Shown piece by piece: positions 9,401 to 17,418 of a stretch of DNA of 64,000 nt. A program made the position numbers and the translations under genes. This DNA is from an uncultured Candidatus Saccharibacteria bacterium. Its GTDB lineage: Bacteria; Patescibacteriota; Minisyncoccia; Phycocordibacterales; UBA12079. The stretch's first letter is position 1; every line of letters begins with the position of its first letter. The notes below the pieces were generated by a model. It was not told where the DNA came from and ran no database searches. It saw only the letters and a program-made list of their open reading frames with translations. The DNA lies in NCBI GenBank assembly GCA_964459145.1, contig CAYWKC010000001.1, positions 40,200 to 104,199 on the forward strand. Reading direction: 5' to 3'.

Positions 9401-10712
9401 AATTAAAGCAAGGTTTTTTGCTTGGAAGAGTAATTTTCAAGTGGGGATTTTGTTGGTATTAGTGGCAGGAATAATTTGTCCAATCGGTATAAGGGCTGAC
9501 CAGATTGATGAATTGAAAGCAGAAATTTCTAAGAGAAGTGTAGAGATGAATGTCTTGGAAGAGGAAATTGCTACTTGGGAAAAAGAAATTGAAATTATTG
9601 GTCAAGAAAAGCAAAGTTTGGACAGAGATATTAAACAATTAGATACCACTCAAAAAAAATTAAATTCCAGTATTTACTTAACCAGTAACCAGATAAATAC
9701 CACCAGTTTAAAAATTGAAGAATTAGCCATTGGGATAGATGAAAAAAAAGACGAAATTGAAAAAAATTCGAGGGCTTTAGCGGAAGCTCTACGGTCAATT
9801 AATGAACAAGAAAGTTATTCTCTGCTGGAATCTATGTTGTCTAACGATAAGTTGTCAGAGTTTTGGAATGATTTAGAAGGTTTGCAAAAAGTGCAGACAG
9901 AAATAAGAAACAAGACCAGTGTTTTGAAAGAATTAAAAGAAGAATTGACTGTTGATAAACAACAGTCAGAAGAAGAGAAAGAAGATTTGTCTTCATATAA
10001 AATAAAATTGGCTGATCAGAAAGAAATCGTAGAAAATAATCAAGAAGAAAAAAGTAAATTACTTACGGAAACAAAAAACAAAGAATCAAATTATCAAACA
10101 ATTTTGGATGAGAAAAAAGCATTAAGGGACCAGTTTGAGGCAGAATTGATGGAGTATGAGAATCAGCTAAGATTGGTGATTGACCCTAATAGTATTCCTG
10201 TAGCGGGACATATTTTATCATGGCCAGTAGAGAATGTTTACATCACTCAATTTTTTGGCCATACACCTTTTGCTACTGCTAATCCGCAAGTATATGGAGA
10301 GGGGGGGCACAATGGAGTTGATTTTCGGGCGTCTATCGGGACAAATATAAAAACAGTACTGAGTGGAACTGTGACAGCGGTAGGAAACACAGATATTAAT
10401 TGTCCGGGAGCTTCTTATGGCAAGTGGGTTTTAGTAAGACATAATAATGGATTGTCTTCTTTGTATGCGCATTTATCTTTGATTAAAGTTTCAGTGGGGC
10501 AGGTGTTAGTGACAGGGGATACAGTTGGTTATAGCGGAAATACTGGATACTCCACTGGTCCTCATTTGCATTTAACTATTTATGCAACAGAAGGAGTTGA
10601 GGTAAAAGAATATCCTTTTAAGAGTTGTAAGGGAGCAACAACAATTATGCCTTTGGTTACTCGTCGAGACGCCTATTTAAATCCCTTGTCTTATTTACCA
10701 GAGTACAAGTAG
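9378..10712 (+). CDS. M23 (LytM-type) metallopeptidase with N-terminal coiled coil, EnvC-like
   Basis: Long coiled-coil N-terminus; C-terminal GHNGVDF...HLH M23 motifs. Start moved to the internal ATG at 9378 to avoid overlap with gltX. Confidence 0.75.
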   Translation: MQLEKLIKIKARFFAWKSNFQVGILLVLVAGIICPIGIRADQIDELKAEISKRSVEMNVLEEEIATWEKEIEIIGQEKQSLDRDIKQLDTTQKKLNSSIYLTSNQINTTSLKIEELAIGIDEKKDEIEKNSRALAEALRSINEQESYSLLESMLSNDKLSEFWNDLEGLQKVQTEIRNKTSVLKELKEELTVDKQQSEEEKEDLSSYKIKLADQKEIVENNQEEKSKLLTETKNKESNYQTILDEKKALRDQFEAELMEYENQLRLVIDPNSIPVAGHILSWPVENVYITQFFGHTPFATANPQVYGEGGHNGVDFRASIGTNIKTVLSGTVTAVGNTDINCPGASYGKWVLVRHNNGLSSLYAHLSLIKVSVGQVLVTGDTVGYSGNTGYSTGPHLHLTIYATEGVEVKEYPFKSCKGATTIMPLVTRRDAYLNPLSYLPEYK

Positions 10713-10839
10713 GTTTCTTGGTATCAGAATTGAAAAATAACGGAAGATTGACAATATCGTGAAGTTTTGATTGAATGAGAGAGGAAAAAGGGTAGTTCAT
10801 TTTAGATATATTGAGGGTGTTTTTTAAACCGTTAACTTT

Positions 10840-11367
10840 TTGAAAAAAAGGGGGGAAACGATGGCAAACGAGTGGGAAAAGTTATTAGAAGGAATCTATG
10901 GGGTTGAGACCGAAACAGCAGAAAAGGCGGAGAAATTCATGGAAGAGGCTGTCTTGGAGGCAACGAGGGTGAGCCACGAGGCTGAAGTGAAGTTTTATAT
11001 TAACACTTTAGCAGAGGTCAAAGCGGAACAAGTAGTTTGCCAGCAATCGCTGGCAAGAACAAGAGAAGACCTTGGAAAATCCCGAAAGGAGATAATTTTT
11101 CTCCTCAAGGAAAATTCCGAAAAAACTCAAAAAATTGAGATTCTAGAAACCCGGGTGGGGACAGAAGAAGGGTCTCGGGAATATTTTGAGAGGGAAGCGA
11201 GACATTGTCGCCATAAGAGTTCCCGTCAGAGAAGTATAATTGAGGGTTCTCTGGCACTTCTCAATTCTGTCCAAACGGTGGCAAGAACACCGCTTAAAGT
11301 GAAGGAAATGATAAAAAGAGTCTCGAAGATTTTGTGTGAGGCTCTCGATTACGAACCCCCGAAATAA
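10840..11367 (+). CDS. hypothetical alpha-helical protein, higher-GC region
   Basis: 175-aa ORF with GGGG-type RBS upstream and a terminator hairpin downstream (GGTCAGCTGGGAGGAGCTGACC + T-run). G+C visibly above the local average. Confidence 0.4.
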   Translation: MKKRGETMANEWEKLLEGIYGVETETAEKAEKFMEEAVLEATRVSHEAEVKFYINTLAEVKAEQVVCQQSLARTREDLGKSRKEIIFLLKENSEKTQKIEILETRVGTEEGSREYFEREARHCRHKSSRQRSIIEGSLALLNSVQTVARTPLKVKEMIKRVSKILCEALDYEPPK

Positions 11368-11576
11368 CACACAATAATACACAAGGAAAAGTGAAGGTCA
11401 GCTGGGAGGAGCTGACCTTTTTATTTTTTCATTTCTCTATTCTAACCGGAAAGAGTTGTTATGTTGATTGTTTGATGTCAGTACAAAAAACATTGACAAA
11501 ACCTATAAAATGGGGTATTTTGTGGTTAGGTAGGGGATTTGTATTTTTTTAAACACTTAAAAAAGGAGGAAGCGTT

Positions 11577-11807
11577 ATGTCTGAAAATATGGGTGATATT
11601 GATCGTTTGGAAGGAACTCTCCATAATGGGAGAGGGAAGGAGGAAAATGTAAAACTCCGGACAGTTATCGGGATAGCAGTTGATAAGCTCAAATTTTTGG
11701 TGTATCAAACCAATAACGGGATGATCGCCAATATTAAGGAGGTGGAGGAAGAGGTTAACTCTATTATAGCTGACCTCAGTCCTTTTGTTTTTGTTTCTAC
11801 TAAATAG
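11577..11807 (+). CDS. hypothetical small protein
   Basis: 76-aa ORF preceded by an AAAAAGGAGGA RBS. Confidence 0.35.
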   Translation: MSENMGDIDRLEGTLHNGRGKEENVKLRTVIGIAVDKLKFLVYQTNNGMIANIKEVEEEVNSIIADLSPFVFVSTK

Positions 11808-11869
11808 TGGTGAACCCTTTTTTAAAAAAATAGACGGGTCAGCTTTATGTTTATGAGTTGGCCTGTTTT

Positions 11870-12313
11870 TTATTTAAGAATGTAACGGACAGTGGGGCCG
11901 GCGGGGGAGGATTGAACGATTTTGTTTTCTGATTCTAATTCGTTAAGATACTTGAGGGCGGTCTTGTCGGAGACCTTTAATAAGTTTTCAACCTCTTCGC
12001 GGGGAATACCTACTGGTCTATTTTCAATACTACAATTTTTGAGGGCTTGTTGATGTTCGGTTTCTCTTTTTAAAAATTCTAAAATTTGGTTTTTGCGTTC
12101 CTCAGTTCGTTCGTCTAAAGCTTCTGTGGCTTTTTTTCTCAGATCTTGAAGTTCTGGGGGAGGAAGGGAACTAAAATTAGTAATGGATGCTTTTTTGGAA
12201 GCGCGGATTTTAGCAAATTTTTTACCTAAAATAAAACCGAGTATTCCTAAAAGAGCTAAACCTAAATAATAATACATATTTTTTGTTAGTAATAATGTTA
12301 ATAAAGAACTCAT
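11870..12313 (-). CDS. membrane-anchored putative winged-helix protein
   Basis: N-terminal TM helix, coiled-coil linker, C-terminal wHTH-like segment (VSDKTALKYLNELESENKIV...TVRYIL). Confidence 0.45.
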   Translation of the reverse strand: MSSLLTLLLTKNMYYYLGLALLGILGFILGKKFAKIRASKKASITNFSSLPPPELQDLRKKATEALDERTEERKNQILEFLKRETEHQQALKNCSIENRPVGIPREEVENLLKVSDKTALKYLNELESENKIVQSSPAGPTVRYILK

Positions 12314-12418
12314 TCCAGAAGAAGTAGGGCGGTTTGGGGTGAATAGGGTGGAATTATGGAGTTATTCGTTTCGGGAGGATTTGGGGAGGTCCGACCTCCC
12401 GAGATTGGTGGAGTAGGA

Positions 12419-13189
12419 TTATTCTTCTTTCTGGGTGGTTTGAAAAAAGACATTGTCGCAGGATGGGGATTTGGTGAAGCCGGCTGATTGAGCTTCTGCC
12501 TCGGTGCAGAAATAGGCCTCGCCTTTTTTGGGATCTATTTTTACTGATGAATAAGAAGGGCAATCGGGTAAAAAGTATAGGTTGCCAGCATCTATGGTAG
12601 AAATGTTACCTTTAATGATACAATCAGAGTTGTCTGGTTGTGCATCTATTGTCCCTTTAAAGTCTTTGGGTAATTTTTCGCAAGTCCCCCAAGCTCCTTT
12701 CTTGTATTGTTTGGCTTTGCCTTCGGCGTTAGATAGATAATCTTTATATCTAAAATCTGGTGGGGTGGGGAGAGCCACAGCAAAACCGTTGTCTATCATA
12801 TATTTACTAAGCATAATATCATCTTCCTTTTCTATGTTTGATGGAAGGAAAACATGGCGGAGCAGGCGACCGAAACGGTCTGTTCCTGAAGAATCTCTTT
12901 CTAAACGAACTTCTTTATCTAGAATCAAATCATTAAGGGCTTGGGTGGCTTCTGCAAAATAACATTCATTTTTTTCTGGTGCGGAGATATTTAGGATTCT
13001 GACTGTAACAACACCATCTTCTTCTTTAGCACCGGCAATTTCAAAAGTATCACCGTCAAGCACCCTTAAGACTTTGTGGAGATTGTCTGGTTGACCACTG
13101 TAATCTTTGGTTTTGATAATTTGGTAGCCGATTAGACCAGAACTGGCCAAGAGGGCAGTGATGGCTGAGAGAATGACTTTGGTTTTCAT
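12419..13189 (-). CDS. secreted thermonuclease (SNase-like) with C-terminal Cys-rich domain
   Basis: Signal or TM N-terminus; LRVLDGDTFEI...VRILNISAPE SNase motifs. C-terminal about 60 aa carry four Cys and an F.TEAEAQSAGF.K.PSC motif reminiscent of the Ada-type zinc-binding motif. Confidence 0.7.
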   Translation of the reverse strand: MKTKVILSAITALLASSGLIGYQIIKTKDYSGQPDNLHKVLRVLDGDTFEIAGAKEEDGVVTVRILNISAPEKNECYFAEATQALNDLILDKEVRLERDSSGTDRFGRLLRHVFLPSNIEKEDDIMLSKYMIDNGFAVALPTPPDFRYKDYLSNAEGKAKQYKKGAWGTCEKLPKDFKGTIDAQPDNSDCIIKGNISTIDAGNLYFLPDCPSYSSVKIDPKKGEAYFCTEAEAQSAGFTKSPSCDNVFFQTTQKEE

Positions 13190-13306
13190 ATTTAAATTAT
13201 ATCATAATTGGAAAAGAGAAGGGAATTAAATTTGTTTGGGTAGTGCATTTTTATATACACAGTTTAGTTTTGAAAAAAATAAAATTGTTATATAATTTAA
13301 ATAAGT

Positions 13307-13621
13307 ATGATGAAGTTTAAAAATGATAACAGGGGACTGATCAAATGGATTATTCTGATAGTGATAGCAGTGATTGTCTTGAGTTATTTTGGTTTTGACC
13401 TAAGGGCTATTATTGAGTCTGACAGAACTCAAAATAATTTGGGCTATTTATGGGGATTAGGAGTGACAGTTTGGAACGAATATTTATCACGCCCAGTTTT
13501 ATATTTTTGGAATAATATTTTTATTGATTTGCTATGGAATAGTTTTGTGGAAAATATGGAAAGAATTAAAGCTGGGCAAGCAACAACAATTGAAGAAATG
13601 GTGCCACAGTTACCAAGCTAA
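13307..13621 (+). CDS. hypothetical small membrane protein
   Basis: 104-aa ORF with one TM helix. Confidence 0.4.
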   Translation: MMKFKNDNRGLIKWIILIVIAVIVLSYFGFDLRAIIESDRTQNNLGYLWGLGVTVWNEYLSRPVLYFWNNIFIDLLWNSFVENMERIKAGQATTIEEMVPQLPS

Positions 13622-14020
13622 AGAAAAGAGTAGGGGATTAATAGTCAAAAGTCCATAAAGTCAGAAAAATTTGCAGAGCAAATTTTTCCCTTTTGACTTT
13701 TGACTTTATAAACCTTCGACTTAAAATAATTATGTGGGAAAAAATTTTGGTAATAGTTTTATTTGTTTTTGGTTTAGTTTTATATGCTTTTACTGTGCAT
13801 TTAGATAAGGTCTTAAATGATCCCATTATTCAGAATAATGTAGACTTTACTTATTAAGCATAGAATTTAAAAAACCCTCCGCCAAGCTTCCCCCAAACAG
13901 AACATAATATTTTTTTCTCCCTACGGGTCTGAAAAAAATTTATTCATTCCTTCTTCGCTCTGGCTCCGAAAGTCTGTTTGGTGGAACTTGGTTACGGGTT
14001 TCGAGAATTGGTAATTTCTT

Positions 14021-14452
14021 ATGAAAAATTGTAAATTAAAAATCAAAAAACTGGATAGGGAAGCTACCCTACCCGATTATGCTTATCTGGGAGATGCTGG
14101 TTTAGACTTATATTCTAATACTAACATTTTAATTAAATCTTTTGAGAGAAAAGTTATTCCTACTGGAGTGGCTATGGAAATTCCAGATGGCTATGTCGGT
14201 TTGATTTGGGATAAAAGTAGTTTAGGAATCAAAGAAATTTTAAAAACTTTGGGGGGAGTGGTTGATAGTGGTTATCGTGGAGAGATTAAAGTAGGATTGG
14301 TTAATCTTTCTAAAAAAGATTTTCAAATCTCTAAAGGGCAAAAAATTGCTCAGATGATTATTCAAAAGAAAGAGGAAGTTAAGGTAAAAGAGGTGGACGA
14401 TTTATCTGAAAGTGAGAGGGGAACTAAAAAGTTTGGGAGTAGTAATAGATAG
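14021..14452 (+). CDS. dut: dUTP diphosphatase
   Basis: GDAGLDLYS, IPDGYVGLIWDKSS and GGVVDSGYRGEI dUTPase motifs. Confidence 0.85.
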   Translation: MKNCKLKIKKLDREATLPDYAYLGDAGLDLYSNTNILIKSFERKVIPTGVAMEIPDGYVGLIWDKSSLGIKEILKTLGGVVDSGYRGEIKVGLVNLSKKDFQISKGQKIAQMIIQKKEEVKVKEVDDLSESERGTKKFGSSNR

Positions 14453-14496
14453 ATGATAGAGATTACATGTTAAAAGAAAAAACTGCTTAGAACTCA

Positions 14497-14525
14497 TTTT
14501 TAGCCCTTGTTTGAGGGCTAAAAAT
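14497..14525. terminator. bidirectional terminator after dut
   Basis: TTTTTAGCCC-ttgtttga-GGGCTAAAAA. Confidence 0.55.
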
Positions 14526-14551
14526 ATGAACATAGTTAAATGTCTATAAAG

Positions 14552-14572
14552 CCTGCCTGGCCGGCAGGCAGG
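14552..14572. repeat. 21-bp GC-rich palindrome flanked by 9-bp direct repeats
   Basis: CCTGCCTGGCCGGCAGGCAGG flanked on both sides by TCTATAAAG. Related copies at 20418-20438 and possibly 53883-53906. Confidence 0.5.
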
Positions 14573-14745
14573 TCTATAAAGTCGAAAGAAAATGCAGGGG
14601 AAGGGCTTTTTTAGAATACTATGTCGCAAAAGGTATATTGTGCGACGTAGTATTATTCTCCCCTTCTCCCTTTTTTAATATAAAAAATAAAAGCCACCAG
14701 ACACGAATGTCGGTGGCACCCCCTTTCTATTTTGGGAGATGTTTA

Positions 14746-14994
14746 TTAAGCTCTTTCCCAGTGGTTGGGGAAAAACTTACCTCTTTTCCCCTCCAGCCGA
14801 ATAAGACCGTCTAGGAGAACTTCACTAATAATTTCAATTTTGCCTCTTCTTCGCCCGGCGATAGCATCGCTCCGTCGAATAACCCTTTCCCCTATTTTGA
14901 ATTTTTGTAGAGGAATAGGTCTTCTGATAGTTATTTCTTCCATTCTTACCTCCTTAAAATTTCTTTTATTGTTTTTGTTTTTTTCTTTGGTCAA
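14746..14994 (-). CDS. hypothetical basic protein
   Basis: 82-aa ORF with its own downstream terminator (GCCACCGACATTCGTGTCTGGTGGC + T-run on the minus strand). Confidence 0.4.
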   Translation of the reverse strand: MTKEKNKNNKRNFKEVRMEEITIRRPIPLQKFKIGERVIRRSDAIAGRRRGKIEIISEVLLDGLIRLEGKRGKFFPNHWERA

Positions 14995-15246
14995 ATCAAT
15001 TTTATTTATCTTTTCTCTTAAAAAGGAAATTAAACATTAAGAACATTTCTATAAATAGAATAACATTATTTTGGATTTTTGTCCATATCTATGATTTTTT
15101 ATTTTTTGACTGGCATAACTAATCACAGAATAAATAATATAAGCCAAGATAGCTGAAAAGACTGCTGTAAAAATAGTCAAAAGAATTGTGGCTACTCTGA
15201 TAAGAACAAGGGAAATTTTTTATTAATTATTAATTGAAATTAAAGA

Positions 15247-15738
15247 TTAAAGATTATCGGGATTATCTAATATTTTTAATTTTTGTTTTAAGATAACATC
15301 ATTTTCTCCAAATAAAAACTTGCCTTTAAACTTTTTTCTTTCCAAAAATAAAGGTATCCAATGAATGTCGTCTGGCCACATCTCGGAATAAGGAATTTCA
15401 TCAATATGGAACCACTGGGGCTTCATTTCTTCACTTTCAATTGGTTGTCCATTAAATTTTTCTCCTCTAAAAATATGAACTTCTAAAATTTCTGGGTTGC
15501 CTTGAAATTCAAAATTTAAAATTCCAATTTTTTCTAGTTTCTGTTCAATTTCAATACCGGCTTCTTCTTTTATTTCTCTAACGGCAGCCTCTTCAATTGT
15601 TTCTCCTTTTTCTACTTTTCCCCCAAAACCATTCCATCTTCCCATTCCAAAACCACGTTTTTTCATTCCTAATAATATCTGAGAATGGTTATGAACAATA
15701 CAAAGTGTCATTTGTTTTTTCACTGTTTTTGCTTTCAA
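15247..15738 (-). CDS. NUDIX hydrolase
   Basis: Nudix box GGKVEKGETIEEAAVREIKEEAGIE. Confidence 0.8.
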   Translation of the reverse strand: MKAKTVKKQMTLCIVHNHSQILLGMKKRGFGMGRWNGFGGKVEKGETIEEAAVREIKEEAGIEIEQKLEKIGILNFEFQGNPEILEVHIFRGEKFNGQPIESEEMKPQWFHIDEIPYSEMWPDDIHWIPLFLERKKFKGKFLFGENDVILKQKLKILDNPDNL

Positions 15739-15792
15739 TTTTTAATTAATAATGACTTTTGACTTTATAAACTTTATGAACTTTTAACTCTT

Positions 15793-16194
15793 TTATATTC
15801 CTTTACAATTGCTAGCGGGGGTGTAGCCTGCCAATTCGGCTTCTTCTTTGCTATTAAACCAAATTTGATTGTCTGTTTTGATTCGTTGTGCTCCCGAACA
15901 CCACGGAGCATGATATTTATTGCTATTTTTTGAAGCCACGTACTTTCCTCCTAAAACCTGCGGGGGCTGAACTTCTTCTGTAGATTGGGATATTTGAGCT
16001 AAATTATTGTTTTCTAGGATTGAATTTTGAATTAAAATGGGTGTTTGATTTTTCTCTGTTTGAGATAATCTTCCTAAACCAAATGAGCAAAAGGCTGTCA
16101 TAATAATCAATATAATTATAAAAACGGCCTTATCTTTTGTGAGTGCATCAATTTTCTCCTTGATTTTATTGATAATTTCCTTTATACTTTTCAT
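15793..16194 (-). CDS. membrane-anchored protein with C-terminal Cys-motif domain
   Basis: N-terminal TM helix. C-terminus (YHAPWC...WFNSKEEAELAGYTPASNCKG) shares a motif with the C-terminus of the nuclease at 12419-13189. Confidence 0.5.
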   Translation of the reverse strand: MKSIKEIINKIKEKIDALTKDKAVFIIILIIMTAFCSFGLGRLSQTEKNQTPILIQNSILENNNLAQISQSTEEVQPPQVLGGKYVASKNSNKYHAPWCSGAQRIKTDNQIWFNSKEEAELAGYTPASNCKGI

Positions 16195-16255
16195 TAGTTT
16201 TAATATTAAGATATTAAAGCTATTTTAACAAAATTAATGAGTAAGTGGTAGTGGT

Positions 16256-16355
16256 TTTATTATCCGCCCAAGGCGGATGACATATTTACGACTATCAAAA
16301 TTCAATAATAACTGAGTGGTGGCTCCTGAAATTTTATCCGCCCAAGGCGGATGAC
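16256..16355 (+). promoter_or_regulatory. tandem hairpin repeats upstream of rpmA (putative leader)
   Basis: Two direct copies of TTATCCGCCCAAGGCGGATGAC (16256-16281 and 16332-16355), each a GC hairpin, about 30 nt before the L27 start. Confidence 0.4.
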
Positions 16356-16386
16356 TATTTTTGTAGTCGTTGCACTCCTCAAAAAT

Positions 16387-16659
16387 ATGTCACATAAAAA
16401 AGCGGGTGGATCAACCAAAAATTTAAGAGATTCAGGACCTCAATATTTGGGAACAAAGTTATATGATGGACAAAAGGCCAAAGTTGGTTCTATTGTGGTT
16501 CGCCAAAGAGGAACTAAAATTTTAGCTGGAAAAAATGTTCAAGTTGGTAAAGATCATACCCTTTTTGCTGTCAAGGAAGGCAAAGTAAAATTTACTAAAA
16601 AAAGAAAATTAAATTTTGATGGTTCTACTAGACGAAAAAAAGTAGCTAATATTATATAA
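16387..16659 (+). CDS. rpmA: 50S ribosomal protein L27
   Basis: [12 protein letters not shown]...[11 protein letters not shown]. Start placed at the internal ATG giving a canonical 90-aa L27. Confidence 0.9.
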   Translation: MSHKKAGGSTKNLRDSGPQYLGTKLYDGQKAKVGSIVVRQRGTKILAGKNVQVGKDHTLFAVKEGKVKFTKKRKLNFDGSTRRKKVANII

Positions 16660-16676
16660 AAAATAAGTAAAAATAA

Positions 16677-16706
16677 AAATTCCGAATTAATTAATTCGGA
16701 ATTTTT
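16677..16706 (+). terminator. terminator after rpmA
   Basis: AAATTCCGAATTAATTAATTCGGAATTTTT. Confidence 0.6.
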
Positions 16707-16738
16707 ATTTTTATATATAATTTTTTATTTATATAATT

Positions 16739-16793
16739 AATTTATGGCTATGCGATAGCCATAAATTATTATGGCTATCGCATAGCCATAATT
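16739..16793. repeat. two adjacent copies of a 29-bp REP-like perfect palindrome
   Basis: AATTTATGGCTATGCGATAGCCATAAATT then TTATGGCTATCGCATAGCCATAA (inverted centre). Same element at 25148-25176 and 53564-53592. Confidence 0.8.
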
Positions 16794-16875
16794 GGTTTTT
16801 AAAACCCAGACCCAAGCCCATACCATTTTAAAAACTAATATAGCCAAAGTTCCGGAATACTATAAAAACTTAAGT

Positions 16876-17319
16876 TTAGAGAGCTTTAATTTGGAGAGAG
16901 AATTTTCCTTCTTCCTGTTCTACCTTAATTTTTATTTCGTACTCCCCTACTTTCTTAAGAGGTTTCTCTAATTGTAGAATTTCTGGATCAATCTCTATCC
17001 CAGTTTTATCTTTAATAATTTTTGCAATTTCTTTTTTGTCTAGACCAGCAAACAGTTTTCCTTCCTGACTGGTTTTAACTTCTATGTCAATTACTTTTTC
17101 ATTTAGTTTCTTAATTAGTTCTTTTGAATTTTCAACCATTTTCTGCTGTTCCTGTTCGTGTTTTTCTTTCAAGTTAGTCAATTCTTTTATAACTTGATTG
17201 GTGGCTAATTTGGCTAACTTTTGTGGAAGCAAAAAATTAACAGCGTAACCATCTGAAATCGTCTTAATATCAAACTTTTTCCCCACTTTAGGAACATCTT
17301 GTAGTAAAATAACTTTCAT
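16876..17319 (-). CDS. rplI: 50S ribosomal protein L9
   Basis: MKVILLQDVPKVGKKFDIKTISDGYAVNFLLPQ. Confidence 0.85.
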   Translation of the reverse strand: MKVILLQDVPKVGKKFDIKTISDGYAVNFLLPQKLAKLATNQVIKELTNLKEKHEQEQQKMVENSKELIKKLNEKVIDIEVKTSQEGKLFAGLDKKEIAKIIKDKTGIEIDPEILQLEKPLKKVGEYEIKIKVEQEEGKFSLQIKAL

Positions 17320-17418
17320 ATTAGTTGTTTATTTAACTTTTTATATTTTATCTCTATTTGAAGAAAAAGCAATCAATAAAATACTTAGTTAATACTTAGT
17401 TATTTAGGCACCCGGTGC

